Assembly (NCBI GenBank): GCA_052034495.1
Contig: JBPOIL010000001.1
Span: 14-64,013, forward strand
Direction: 5' to 3'
Origin: Patescibacteria group bacterium
GTDB taxonomy: Bacteria > Patescibacteriota > Saccharimonadia > CAILAD01 > JADZBC01
DNA length: 64,000 bases
Below, one piece after another: positions 7,745 through 17,514 of the stretch. Positions within the stretch are counted from its first letter, which is position 1. Each line of letters begins with the position of its first letter. The notes beneath the pieces are model-generated. The model searched no databases and was not told the origin of the DNA. It was given only the letters and a program-made list of their open reading frames with translations. The translations under genes and the position numbers were made by a program.

Positions 7745-8713
7745 CTAGACTACCTTCTTTAGCAATGAATATAGCTTGTACTTGCTAGCCTTGAGTGGAA
7801 TATCCCAGGTGCCGACTGAACTTACTGTGTCGCCGCCAACTGACTTCTTGAACTTCGTGTGTCCTGCCCAGGGGTGACTCGCTGGCGCGCCTTCGGGCGC
7901 CACACCACCGTAGTCAAAAGCCTTGAGCCACTTGGCCTGCGCGTCCATTATCATCCACCACAGCAGCGCCACCGCTGCTTTGTGCTTATTATTAAGCTCT
8001 GGATATGTGCCAGCAAACACATAGTAGCGCGTGCCGCCAAAGTCGATGCAAATTGCTCCAGCAACTTTTTGATTTTCATATTCTGCAAAATACAGTTTGG
8101 CGGCTCCAGTGGGCATAAGGCTCTTTGCCATAGTGTGATAATAACTATCTGGTTGTGGGCTCCAACCAGCACGCTCGGCGGTAGCGCGCTGCATAGCCAC
8201 AAACTCATTCATGTCCGACTCGTCACTGCTAATTACGAACTTAAGCCCGCGCTTAGCAGCCGTATTAATTAAGTTACGATTGCTCGGCGACATACCATGA
8301 CGAATGTCCTGCTCGCTTTGAGTAATATCGAGGATCATCCGGTGCGCCGGCTGCATGTCAGCCACACGCTTGGCCCCCAACTTACGCAAGCTTGCTTCGC
8401 CAACTTCCAGCCTCATCGGCTCAAAGCGCACAAAGTCTACATTATGAATCTTACCGGCATCGCACAAACTTTTTAGCGCTGTGCGCAAACTCTTACCGTC
8501 GACCGCAGTTGGCCCATAGGCTGCATACAGATACTTGAATCCTAGTCGTCCATTACGAATCGCTGCCTGCCATTGCCAGCCATCGCCTTCACCCAACAGC
8601 ACCTGGCGATCCTGCCCGTTTTGGAATTCTGCCCAAAGAGAAGACTGGAACAAATGCCCACCCTTTCTAGCAAGGTTCTTGTCCCAGTCTTTTGGTAGTT
8701 CTACGAGCGTCAT
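7745..8713 (-). CDS. FemAB/FemX family aminoacyltransferase, second paralog
   Basis: HLFQSSLWAEF, YGP, RNLINTAAKRGL, FDYGG and KFKKSVGG motifs. Confidence 0.88.
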   Translation of the reverse strand: MTLVELPKDWDKNLARKGGHLFQSSLWAEFQNGQDRQVLLGEGDGWQWQAAIRNGRLGFKYLYAAYGPTAVDGKSLRTALKSLCDAGKIHNVDFVRFEPMRLEVGEASLRKLGAKRVADMQPAHRMILDITQSEQDIRHGMSPSNRNLINTAAKRGLKFVISSDESDMNEFVAMQRATAERAGWSPQPDSYYHTMAKSLMPTGAAKLYFAEYENQKVAGAICIDFGGTRYYVFAGTYPELNNKHKAAVALLWWMIMDAQAKWLKAFDYGGVAPEGAPASHPWAGHTKFKKSVGGDTVSSVGTWDIPLKASKYKLYSLLKKVV

Positions 8714-8750
8714 AGGCCTTATTGTAGCAGAGTGCTAGCTGTATAAGCCA

Positions 8751-8779
8751 TTGACTGGGCTAGCTTTTTGTTGTAAAGT
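8751..8779 (+). promoter_or_regulatory. sigma70-like promoter TTGACT-N17-TAAAGT
   Basis: Hexamers upstream of the three-gene islet. Confidence 0.6.
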
Positions 8780-8825
8780 CTTGTCAACCCAAAATCTGGG
8801 TAGTTCAATGGAGGGAGTACCCACA

Positions 8826-9005
8826 ATGCTCGAAGGAGCCGGAAGAGAAGAGCTCGGCGAAGACTTCTGGGGGCCCAGCGAGCCGCCCGGCATGATGGAG
8901 ACGCTCAGCAAAGGCTGCGCAGAAGACAGCATGCTCACCCTTGTGTTCATGGCAATCATGTTCACGATCGGCTGGAACCTGCGTCGCACGAAGAAGGTGC
9001 GGTGA
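8826..9005 (+). CDS. Small single-pass membrane protein, 59 aa (MLEGAGREELGEDFWG...)
   Basis: GGAGGGAG SD; C-terminal hydrophobic segment followed by basic tail. Confidence 0.65.
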   Translation: MLEGAGREELGEDFWGPSEPPGMMETLSKGCAEDSMLTLVFMAIMFTIGWNLRRTKKVR

Positions 9006-9340
9006 TGGCACGCGAAACCGTCCTTGTCACCGCCATCAGTGAGCTGCTCGATGACGTTCACAACGGCCTGCCACCGACGGTCGCCATGCCCCGGCTCGAG
9101 GAGTTGCTCGCAGACCACGAGGCCGAAACATCGCGGCTGAGAGCTGCCCTGGAAGAGATCGATAATCTCGACCCAGACGACTTCAAGATCGGCCAAAGGC
9201 ATCTTGGGGTGGCCTTCAGGGAAGTTGACTTCGCATGCGTGGTTCGTAAGATCACGCAGATCGTGAACCGCACCCTGCATGGCACCGACGAACACGGCCA
9301 GCCTCTTGCCGAGGAAGGGTCGACCGATGTTCCGTCCTGA
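9005..9340 (+). CDS. Hypothetical acidic helical protein, 111 aa
   Basis: TGATG overlap with the upstream stop; GC3-rich codons. Confidence 0.7.
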   Translation: MARETVLVTAISELLDDVHNGLPPTVAMPRLEELLADHEAETSRLRAALEEIDNLDPDDFKIGQRHLGVAFREVDFACVVRKITQIVNRTLHGTDEHGQPLAEEGSTDVPS

Positions 9341-9452
9341 GGCCTTCGCCCACACCATCATGATCATGCGGCTCTGTGCCCTCGGTGCAGCTTTCGTGGT
9401 CATGATCCAAATCCCGCTCCTCGTGAGCAACTTCACCGTCGCCCGGCGCTAG
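9327..9452 (+). CDS. Small membrane peptide, 41 aa (MFRPEAFAHTIMIMRLCALGAAFVVMIQIPLLVSNFTVARR)
   Basis: GAGGAAGG upstream; overlaps the previous gene end; stop lies at the apex of a 13-bp hairpin. Confidence 0.55.
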   Translation: MFRPEAFAHTIMIMRLCALGAAFVVMIQIPLLVSNFTVARR

Positions 9453-9500
9453 CCGGGCGACGGTTCGCCTTTTACGCGCAAATTCCCTATTATATAAGCC

Positions 9501-10553
9501 ATGATTATCCTAGCCATCGAATCCAGTTGTGACGAAACTGCCTGCGCCATAGTGCGTGATGGTCGTGACGTCCTCGCTAACGTCATCTCCTCGCAAATCG
9601 ATATTCACGCCCAGTACGGCGGCGTTGTGCCAGAGGTAGCGGCCCGCAGTCATATAGAAGTCATTATCCCCGTCATCGAGCAAGCCCTGACTGAAGCCAA
9701 GCTAACTTGGGACGACATTGATGCCATTGCCACCACTCGTGGCCCGGGGCTCATTGGGTCACTCCTGATCGGCACGCTTACCGCCCGCACTATTGCCATG
9801 GTCAAAGGTAAGCCACTCATTGGCGTGAACCACATCATCGCCCACGCCTTTGCAGCCTTCCTAACTGATAATCAGCCAAAGTTCCCCATCCTAGCTCTAA
9901 CAGTCTCTGGTGGACACTCCGCGCTTACTTTGTACAGCGAAAAGCTAGAACGAACCTTGATCGGCGAAACGCGCGACGATGCCGCCGGCGAGGCGTTCGA
10001 TAAGGTTGCTAAACTCCTTGGTCTCCCCTACCCTGGTGGCCCGGCTATAGATAAGGCGGCACAAAATGGCGATGAGGATAAATACAAGTTCCCGATTGCT
10101 CGACTGTCCACCCAGCCCGGCTTAAACACAAACGATAGCTACGACTTTAGCTTTTCTGGCCTTAAGACTGCCGTGCTCCGCCAAGTGCAGGAAATCACTG
10201 GCCATAATCCGGGCGACCTAAGCCTGCCGAAGACGTACAAGCTTGATCAGCAAGTAGTAAATGACATTGCCGCAAGCTTCCAAAAGGCCGTGGTAACCGC
10301 CTTGGTGCGCAACACCGTTCGAGCGGCCGAAGAGTTTCAGCCCGCCAGCATCGTCGTCGGGGGTGGTGTAGCCTGTAATCAAAAACTGCGCTCGGAGCTT
10401 TTAAGTAAGCTACCGAACGCAATCTTCGTTCCTCCTGTATTATGCACGGACAATGCCGCTATGATTGGCGCACTTGCCTACCGCATGGCCAAGCAAGATA
10501 TGTTTTCGAGTCCAGAGTCACTTGTGGCAGATTCAAGTTTGGAAGATCTCTAA
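9501..10553 (+). CDS. tsaD: tRNA N6-adenosine threonylcarbamoyltransferase
   Basis: LAIESSCDET, GGVVPEVAAR, VSGGH, DDAAGEAFDK, FSFSGLKT and DNAAMI motifs. Confidence 0.97.
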   Translation: MIILAIESSCDETACAIVRDGRDVLANVISSQIDIHAQYGGVVPEVAARSHIEVIIPVIEQALTEAKLTWDDIDAIATTRGPGLIGSLLIGTLTARTIAMVKGKPLIGVNHIIAHAFAAFLTDNQPKFPILALTVSGGHSALTLYSEKLERTLIGETRDDAAGEAFDKVAKLLGLPYPGGPAIDKAAQNGDEDKYKFPIARLSTQPGLNTNDSYDFSFSGLKTAVLRQVQEITGHNPGDLSLPKTYKLDQQVVNDIAASFQKAVVTALVRNTVRAAEEFQPASIVVGGGVACNQKLRSELLSKLPNAIFVPPVLCTDNAAMIGALAYRMAKQDMFSSPESLVADSSLEDL

Positions 10554-10556
10554 TTC

Positions 10557-10940
10557 CTAATGGTCTTCCTCGCCATAGCCTTCGTAGTCCTCTTCACTTT
10601 CAGGCCTTTCTCTGTCGGCGCCCTTATCAGCCTCTGGCAGAGGTGTGCTTTCTTCAACCGCTCCCGTCTCTAAGAGACTATTCAGAGCACTTAATGCTCG
10701 CTCTGCTGCCTCTTTGGCCTCTGAAATTGCGGCTACTGCTTCCGATCTATCCACCATTGGGTTGACCCTATGTGACATCACAGTTTGAGTAGCCCCTTCC
10801 ATGATCCGAGCACTGTCAGCGATAATTGCATCTACCTTATCAGCCTCTTTATACACATCGATTGCCCCTCGATATTCCGAGCTTCCCCCCGATGGATATC
10901 TCCCCGGTGAAATTGGTTCGCCGCCTGATCTGTCTGGCAT
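10557..10940 (-). CDS. Hypothetical acidic protein, 127 aa (MPDRSGGEPIS...)
   Basis: AAGGAG SD and upstream TATAAT; acidic C-terminal tail. Confidence 0.65.
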   Translation of the reverse strand: MPDRSGGEPISPGRYPSGGSSEYRGAIDVYKEADKVDAIIADSARIMEGATQTVMSHRVNPMVDRSEAVAAISEAKEAAERALSALNSLLETGAVEESTPLPEADKGADRERPESEEDYEGYGEEDH

Positions 10941-11059
10941 ATATCTCCTTTTTGTTTTCGTAATCTTGTACACCATTATAGCAAACCATAAGCGTCTTGT
11001 CAAGATACCCACGCTCGCCCACCCTGGAATCTGGCGGCCAATTCGGGTATACTTCGGCC

Positions 11060-13432
11060 ATGGAATCATCAATGCCGAAGGCATACCAGCCAGGCGAATA
11101 TGAAGAGCGTTTGTACAAGATGTGGGAAGAATCAGGAGCATTCAAGCCTAATTTAGACACGCCCAAATCCCCCTTCAGCATCATCCTGCCACCGCCGAAC
11201 GCCAATGGCAACCTGCACACTGGTCACGCCATGTATGTGGTAGAAGACATCATGGTGCGCTACCGCCGGATGCAAGGCCACCCTACCCTGTGGCTCCCGG
11301 GCACCGATCACGCTGGGATTGAAACCCAAGTGGTATTCGAGCGAGAGCTAGCCAAAGAAGGCAAAAGCCGCTTCGACTTCACTCCACAGGAATTTTACGA
11401 AGCTGCACTAGCCTACACCAAGCAGAACCAGCACAACATCGTCTCTCAGCTTAAGTCCCTGGGCTTTTCACTCGACTGGAGCCGACTCAAGTTCACTCTA
11501 GACGAAGACATTATCGAAACAGTTTACGAAACATTCAAGCGCCTCGAAGCCGATGGCCACATTTACCGCGGCGACCGCATTGTAAACTGGTGCCCGCACT
11601 GCCGTTCCAGCTTTGCTGATATCGAAATTAAGCATCGTGACCAGATTGACCCGCTCTACTACGTGAAATACGGGCCGTTTGTAGTCGCTACCGTTCGCCC
11701 AGAACCAATGTTTGCCGATACTGGCATTGCCGTGCACCCCGAAGATGAGCGCTACAAGGAGTGGATTGGCCAAGAAGTCGAAGTCGACCTATTGTGGGGA
11801 CCACGTAAGCTTAAGGTAATTGGCGATCGGCACGTCGATCCAGACTTTGGTACTGGTGTGGTAAAGATTACTCCTGCGCACGACCCTAATGACTGGGAAA
11901 TGGCGCAACGCCATGGCCTAGAAGTAATTAGCGGCATTGGCACAGATGGCTTGCTTACAGAAGCAGCGGGACGCTACGCCGGCATGACCGTGCTCGAGGC
12001 TCGAGACGCTGTGGCGCACGACCTGGAAGAGCGCGGGCTGATCGACCACATTGATATGAACCGTGAGCACTCCATTGCCTACCACGATCGCTGCGGCAAC
12101 CTGATCGAACCGTTAGTCACCGAGCAGTGGTGGATCAAGGTGGATGAGCTTAAAAAGCCGGCTATTGCCGCTGTGAAAAACGGCGAGATCAACATTGTTC
12201 CCGCCCGATTCAAGAAATCCTACATAGACTGGCTCGAGAACCTGCGCGACTGGAACATTAGCCGCCAAAGCTGGTTTGGCATTCACATACCTGTATACTA
12301 CAGCGCCGGCAGCGACAAATCTAAGAAGCCATACATCATAACCAACGATGAAGCCGAGGCGAAGGCCTACTACGGCGAGGGTAACTATGAGCGTGAAACC
12401 GACACCTTTGACACCTGGTTCTCTAGTGGCCAGTGGCCTTTTGCCACCTTGATGGCAACTGGCGACTTCGAAACCTTCTACCCTACTACCGTTATGGAAA
12501 CTGGCCGGGACATCCTCTTCCAGTGGGTAACACGCATGGTTATGCTCGGCACCTATCGCACTGGTAAGGTTCCGTTCGAAAACGTTTACCTCCACGGGCT
12601 CGTAAACGACGCTCATGGCAAAAAGATGAGCAAATCCAAGGGCAACGTGCTCAACCCGCTCGAATTAACCGAAGAATATGGAACCGACGCGCTACGCCTG
12701 GCGCTCACCATCGGCATTACTCCTGGTAACGACGGCGCGCTGTCAAACGAAAAAGTTAAGGGCTACCGCAACTTCTGTAATAAGCTCTGGAATGTTGCAC
12801 GATTTGTTTTGGCCAAGGTTCCTGCCGACTACTCCCCTTCCCAACCCGAGGTCACTTCCAACGCTGACCACTACATGGCCCGCGAACTTAGCGAGGCTAG
12901 TGACTTCGTAACTGAGCAGATCGAGGCTTATCGGTTCTCCGAAGCTGGCCAAGCACTCTACTCCCTGCTGTGGGACAAGTTCGCCGACCGCTACATCGAG
13001 TACTCCAAGTCCACTCTAAATCCTGATATGCTCGCCACTACGCTGGATACTATCCTACGCTTGCTCCACCCTATCGCGCCTTTTGTAACCGAAGCTATTT
13101 GGCAGGAACTTCCGTGGACTGATTCCCAGGTCATGACCGAACAATGGCCGAATATCCAACTTTCCTACGACAGCTCAAAGGCCGACAAGTTCGAGCGTGA
13201 AATTATCGACCTCATTGCCCAGAAGGCCGCAGGGGAAGATGCGCAACGCCGTAAGGCCCTAGAGCGCGAACTTGCACTCAAACAAAATGCCGTACGGATA
13301 AGCGAGCAGAAACTAGCCAGCGAAGCATTTGTAGCCAACGCACCGAGCGAAGTCGTGGAAGCCGAGCGTAAGCGGCTTGATGATGCTAAAATAGCAGTAG
13401 CAGAGCTGCAAACAAGCATTGATTCGATCTAA
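11060..13432 (+). CDS. valS: Valine--tRNA ligase
   Basis: PPPNANGNLHTGH, DWNISRQ, DTWFSS and KMSKS motifs, C-terminal coiled coil. Confidence 0.97.
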   Translation: MESSMPKAYQPGEYEERLYKMWEESGAFKPNLDTPKSPFSIILPPPNANGNLHTGHAMYVVEDIMVRYRRMQGHPTLWLPGTDHAGIETQVVFERELAKEGKSRFDFTPQEFYEAALAYTKQNQHNIVSQLKSLGFSLDWSRLKFTLDEDIIETVYETFKRLEADGHIYRGDRIVNWCPHCRSSFADIEIKHRDQIDPLYYVKYGPFVVATVRPEPMFADTGIAVHPEDERYKEWIGQEVEVDLLWGPRKLKVIGDRHVDPDFGTGVVKITPAHDPNDWEMAQRHGLEVISGIGTDGLLTEAAGRYAGMTVLEARDAVAHDLEERGLIDHIDMNREHSIAYHDRCGNLIEPLVTEQWWIKVDELKKPAIAAVKNGEINIVPARFKKSYIDWLENLRDWNISRQSWFGIHIPVYYSAGSDKSKKPYIITNDEAEAKAYYGEGNYERETDTFDTWFSSGQWPFATLMATGDFETFYPTTVMETGRDILFQWVTRMVMLGTYRTGKVPFENVYLHGLVNDAHGKKMSKSKGNVLNPLELTEEYGTDALRLALTIGITPGNDGALSNEKVKGYRNFCNKLWNVARFVLAKVPADYSPSQPEVTSNADHYMARELSEASDFVTEQIEAYRFSEAGQALYSLLWDKFADRYIEYSKSTLNPDMLATTLDTILRLLHPIAPFVTEAIWQELPWTDSQVMTEQWPNIQLSYDSSKADKFEREIIDLIAQKAAGEDAQRRKALERELALKQNAVRISEQKLASEAFVANAPSEVVEAERKRLDDAKIAVAELQTSIDSI

Positions 13433-13440
13433 GAAACCCC

Positions 13441-14331
13441 TTGAAGACTAAGACTCACAACAAACACTCGTTCTGGCCCCTCGCAGCCGGCGTGTTCCTC
13501 GCCGCTGGTGTTGTTTTTGCGTTATCCGCGCCGAGTGTACTTGCATGGCGAGACAGGGAAGTGTCGACGCTGATTACCAAATCCGCCACCGCCAAGAACC
13601 AAGCACAGCAAGAAGAGTACCTTGCTCAAGCAAACATCATTGGCTGGGGAGGGGAGCAGGCACCAAAGGCATTGGCGGATTACTATTTGGCTAATGGCCG
13701 CTACGACAAGGCCTGGCGTACGCTTTCGCAGTGGCCGCTTAAGCCTGATTACGCCCGGCTTGGCAACTACGCTCTTATTGCACAGGAATATTCACCTGCC
13801 CAGCGATTTTACGCCCGGGCAATAAGTCAAAAGGGTACCGCGGCAGCACATGTGGGCCTCGCAGCCGCGCAGTTTAATCGAGGGGACCTTAAGAATGGTT
13901 GTGCAAACGCAGCCAAAGCTACTAAGTTGGACTTGAACTACGAAAAAGCCCAGCAAATGGCTACGGCCTGCCTGCTGATTAATCCAAAGGAGGCAACGCT
14001 CCAGCGTGCAAACTACCCTTTGCTAGCTTCTGCGCAACTCAGCTCGGCCCGTGGGCAAGGCGTATTCCTTATTCAGAATCAAATATATAAAGAAGGGGAG
14101 AAGCGACTCGCAGCCACCGACAAGACCCCGGCGGACTGGCTCATGCTTGCCGGACTCGCCAGCGCCCGTGGTGATCACAAGCTAGCTGTACAACGAGGAG
14201 AGCAGGGGATCAATCTTGACAGGTCAAATCCAGAATTGAATAGGTTGCTAGCCAATTCATATCGAGCTCTAGGCCAAGCCAAGGCCGACTTCTATACCCG
14301 TAGGCTCGAATCCCTACCCCTTGACAAATAG
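13441..14331 (+). CDS. Membrane-anchored TPR-like protein
   Basis: N-terminal hydrophobic segment; Ala-rich helical repeats (YARLGNYAL...AQRFYARAI). Confidence 0.6.
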   Translation: MKTKTHNKHSFWPLAAGVFLAAGVVFALSAPSVLAWRDREVSTLITKSATAKNQAQQEEYLAQANIIGWGGEQAPKALADYYLANGRYDKAWRTLSQWPLKPDYARLGNYALIAQEYSPAQRFYARAISQKGTAAAHVGLAAAQFNRGDLKNGCANAAKATKLDLNYEKAQQMATACLLINPKEATLQRANYPLLASAQLSSARGQGVFLIQNQIYKEGEKRLAATDKTPADWLMLAGLASARGDHKLAVQRGEQGINLDRSNPELNRLLANSYRALGQAKADFYTRRLESLPLDK

Positions 14332-14517
14332 CATAATCATTATTCATATGAAGGGTTTACAAACCCCTTAAAATATGTCCGTGTTATGTTCGTTTTATAA
14401 GGTTTGGCTGTGGAGGCAGCGATTCCCCTTACCCTTGGCGCGGGGCGTGAAAAACATTATAATATCGAGGCTGTTATAGCACGGCCCAATGACGTAAACT
14501 AGAAAGTGCGCTATCGC

Positions 14518-14611
14518 GGAGAGGTACCCAAGTGGCTATAAGGGGACGGTTTGCTAAACCGTTAGTAGGGAGCAATCTCTAGCGAGGGTTCGAATCCCTC
14601 CCTCTCCGCCA
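14518..14611 (+). tRNA. tRNA-Ser(GCT)
   Basis: GGAGAGG/CCTCTCC acceptor, ACGGT-TTGCTAA-ACCGT anticodon arm, long variable arm, GTTCGAATC, CCA. Confidence 0.95.
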
Positions 14612-14632
14612 AATTTATATAGCACTCCCTAC

Positions 14633-14722
14633 GGAGAGGTGTCCGAGTGGTTGAAGGAACTGGTCTTGAAAACCAGCAGGCGGGAAACCGTCTCGTGGGT
14701 TCGAATCCCACCCTCTCCGCCA
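14633..14722 (+). tRNA. tRNA-Ser(TGA)
   Basis: CTGGT-CTTGAAA-ACCAG anticodon arm, variable arm, T-loop, CCA. Confidence 0.95.
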
Positions 14723-14748
14723 TGGAATTATCAAAGTTAGGACCCAAA

Positions 14749-15270
14749 ATGAGCACTATTGAAATGCTAGACCTAGTAGATGCCGACGACAACCTGATTA
14801 AGGCTGTATCGCGGGACGAAGTATATGAAGAGAACCTAGAATTTGTGCGTGTAATTGATGCTTTTATCATTAATCGCGAGGGGAAGATCTGGATCCCAAC
14901 ACGTCATATGCAAAAGCGCATCATGCCAGGCGGTTTCGATATGGGAGTTGGTGGGCATGTAGAGCACGGCGAGACCTACCTGGAAGCCTTCCGCAAGGAA
15001 GCTGGCGAGGAACTTGGTTGGGACATAGGCTCGCTAGAATACAGAGAGACCGGTAAGTACGGACCAAAGGATGGTCTACACCAAGTAGTATCCACTGTAT
15101 ACGAGATCAAGTCGGATACTGCGCCAGAACTTAACCCAGACGACTTTACGTCAGCCGAATGGCTAACCCCGCAAGAAGTAGCTGGCAAGATTGCTGCTGG
15201 CCACCCTGCAAAGATGAACTTACTCCCCTTACTAAAACTCGTTTACGGGGTAAAGGAAAAAGCACTATGA
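14749..15270 (+). CDS. NUDIX hydrolase (IPP-isomerase-like)
   Basis: GGHVEHGETYLEAFRKEAGEELG NUDIX box. Confidence 0.88.
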   Translation: MSTIEMLDLVDADDNLIKAVSRDEVYEENLEFVRVIDAFIINREGKIWIPTRHMQKRIMPGGFDMGVGGHVEHGETYLEAFRKEAGEELGWDIGSLEYRETGKYGPKDGLHQVVSTVYEIKSDTAPELNPDDFTSAEWLTPQEVAGKIAAGHPAKMNLLPLLKLVYGVKEKAL

Positions 15271-15620
15271 ACCCAAACGTACAACTCAAACAATCCCCCA
15301 AGGCCAAGCCGAAGGAAAAGTACTGGCATATTCATGCTGGCAAGCTTCGTGCTGGGCACATTGCGATTAAAGAATCTAACAATGATGCGCTTGGTGAGCA
15401 CTATTCAATTGATATACATATTAACCAGCGCATGAGGGGCAAGGGGATAGGCAAAGCTGCCTACAAGCAAGCAAGCATCAAAAGCGGCTACCCTGTTATT
15501 TACGCACATATGCGTAAATCTAACCTTGCATCGCAAAAAGCTGCCGAAGCTGCCGGCTACAAAGTCGTCGAGATACCAGGCGACAATCAGCTCACCATGA
15601 AGTGGGAAGCCGAAGCCTAG
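15267..15620 (+). CDS. GNAT family N-acetyltransferase
   Basis: RGKGIGK acetyl-CoA motif and NLASQKAAEAAGY; ATGA overlap. Confidence 0.8.
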   Translation: MNPNVQLKQSPKAKPKEKYWHIHAGKLRAGHIAIKESNNDALGEHYSIDIHINQRMRGKGIGKAAYKQASIKSGYPVIYAHMRKSNLASQKAAEAAGYKVVEIPGDNQLTMKWEAEA

Positions 15621-15678
15621 AATTATCGACAATGCCTTGGCTTTACGTCATAATAGGGGTGATAAAGCATAGGCATTA

Positions 15679-16353
15679 ATGCAAGATGACGAACTAAAAC
15701 CAGGCGTAGCATACACACCAAAGCCAGCAGAGCCTCACACTGCCGACCAGAATGCCTCTGTGGTCCCACAGCAAGCCCCTCAGGCTCCGCAACAACAGTT
15801 CGCGTCAAATACGCCACCCCAGGGGCTTGATACGCCCAACCAACCGCTAGACGCCCCTGAGGACTACGAGGACGAAGAAGTCGACCCTACGTCGGAAACC
15901 ACACTTATGAGCTGGAACGCTCCTGAGTTTACTTTTACTAACAAGCCAAGTGGTTGGTACTTGCTCCTCGGCCTATTCTTCCTAGTTCTTATCGGGCTTG
16001 CCATCTACACCAAGCAATACTTCACTATCGCCCTATTAGTGCTCATGAACATTGCACTGGTCATTTACGCTCGTCGCAAGCCGCGGACCCTAAACTACAC
16101 ACTTACCACGCATGGCGTCCATGTAGGGGATAAGGCCTACCCCTTCGATAGCTTCTCCTCATTCTACGAAATTAGTGACTACGGCCAGCGCGTCATCGAG
16201 CTCGTCCCTGCCAAGCAGTTCGGTACGCTGGTTTCCCTGCCAGTAGAAGATGACCAGGAAAACACTGTAGAAGAGCTACTTGGTAGCGTCCTGCCCAAGG
16301 TTCCTGCGCGTAACGACATGATTGATCGCTTGCTACGCACCCTGCGGTTCTAA
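15679..16353 (+). CDS. CPR-type membrane protein (DUF5673-like)
   Basis: SWNAPEF...WY, two TM helices, 'YTLTTHGVHVG...YPF' soluble domain. Confidence 0.65.
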   Translation: MQDDELKPGVAYTPKPAEPHTADQNASVVPQQAPQAPQQQFASNTPPQGLDTPNQPLDAPEDYEDEEVDPTSETTLMSWNAPEFTFTNKPSGWYLLLGLFFLVLIGLAIYTKQYFTIALLVLMNIALVIYARRKPRTLNYTLTTHGVHVGDKAYPFDSFSSFYEISDYGQRVIELVPAKQFGTLVSLPVEDDQENTVEELLGSVLPKVPARNDMIDRLLRTLRF

Positions 16354-16410
16354 CTTTACGCCCAAGCACAAATAAGGTAGAATAGCGGTTGCTCCGCCAG
16401 TTATTCATGT

Positions 16411-16487
16411 GTACCCGTAGCTCAGTTGGATAGAGCGTCGGCTTGCGGAGCCGAAGGTCGCAGGTTCGAGTCCCGCCGGGTACACCA
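16411..16487 (+). tRNA. tRNA-Arg(GCG)
   Basis: GTACCCG/CGGGTAC acceptor, TCGGC-TTGCGGA-GCCGA anticodon arm, CCA. Confidence 0.93.
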
Positions 16488-16505
16488 AGCATAAGCATTA
16501 TGATA

Positions 16506-16530
16506 GAGACTCCGCGAGGGGTCTTTTTTG
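16506..16530 (+). terminator. Terminator after tRNA-Arg
   Basis: AGACTCC-GCGA-GGGGTCT followed by a T-run. Confidence 0.75.
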
Positions 16531-16601
16531 TTATGCTCGTAATCACTCACCCCCTAGAATATAGTTGTAATGCACCTTACAAACACAGAAAGGGTTTCGA
16601 T

Positions 16602-17231
16602 ATGCTTTTGCGCAAAACAAAGGCGCAGTATGTCGAGGCCGCACTACTGGTCATGACATTCTCGCGCCTATTCCTGGCCTTCGGCCTAGCCATGGCTACG
16701 CAGCGCTCTGTTGCGGAGTCTGCTGTTTGGCTCATGGTAGTAATCGTCGCCGATATCTTTGATGGTGTTATTGCTAGACAGTTTGGCGACGATACAGTTT
16801 GGCGACGAATAACAGATGCCGCGGTGGACCGGCTATCCATCTGGGTGGTCTTTGCCGTTGCACTCCAGGGACGAGAGACCCTTTGGCTGTTCTACCTGCC
16901 CCTAGCAATCAGGGGTCTAATCCTGTCTACTGGGAGCTTGCTCTGTTTCTGGCGGAAGCGAACGGTCACAATTGGAGGGAGGTGGCATAAAGCCTCCAGT
17001 CTCTCACTAGCTGCATTTGGATTGGCTCTCTTGGTGGGAAATGAAAATCTGGTATGGGCGACTGCCATACCAGCCTGGGTAATCAATTGGGTCCTGCTCT
17101 TTGATTATCTGCCTATCCAGGTAGCAATACTGGGCCAGCCACCCTCAGTCAGTACGAGCCTTGAGCCAACCCGTGTTTCAATTCGAAGGCTTGAGGGGTT
17201 ACGGTCTGTAAGCAGGTCATGGCGCAAGTAA
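16602..17231 (+). CDS. CDP-alcohol phosphatidyltransferase family protein
   Basis: DIFDGVIARQFG...DAAVDR motif; multiple TM segments; GAAAGGG SD. Confidence 0.8.
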   Translation: MLLRKTKAQYVEAALLVMTFSRLFLAFGLAMATQRSVAESAVWLMVVIVADIFDGVIARQFGDDTVWRRITDAAVDRLSIWVVFAVALQGRETLWLFYLPLAIRGLILSTGSLLCFWRKRTVTIGGRWHKASSLSLAAFGLALLVGNENLVWATAIPAWVINWVLLFDYLPIQVAILGQPPSVSTSLEPTRVSIRRLEGLRSVSRSWRK

Positions 17232-17437
17232 TGGGCAAGGCGGGCGAAAGGACCTGCGAGCCCTCGGGCGACTTAGAATACCTAGGTCGCTTCTTTCGTT
17301 ATTATCTTAAAAACAATATAGGTCGAGGGGTGGGGTGGGCACTAACTCGCTACCAGGATGGTTCTGACTTCGTCGAGCACGCTACACCAACGCAATCATT
17401 CAAACCAAGACCCCTCTCGGGGTCTTTTTTGTTAAGC

Positions 17438-17466
17438 TTGTTATTCATCTAGGGAGGTCGTATGAT
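17438..17466 (+). promoter_or_regulatory. sigma70-like promoter TTGTTA-N17-TATGAT
   Basis: Upstream of the 17515 ORF. Confidence 0.5.
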
Positions 17467-17514
17467 ATCGCTGTTCAGCCAATTTGCGACACTTAGGCCA
17501 GGAGGTCTAGACAT

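Noticed and set aside
14332-14517. Possible riboswitch upstream of tRNA-Ser(GCT)
   Set aside because: Only weak pairing (ATAGCAC/GTGCGCTAT) and no recognisable aptamer; better explained as the tRNA promoter and leader.
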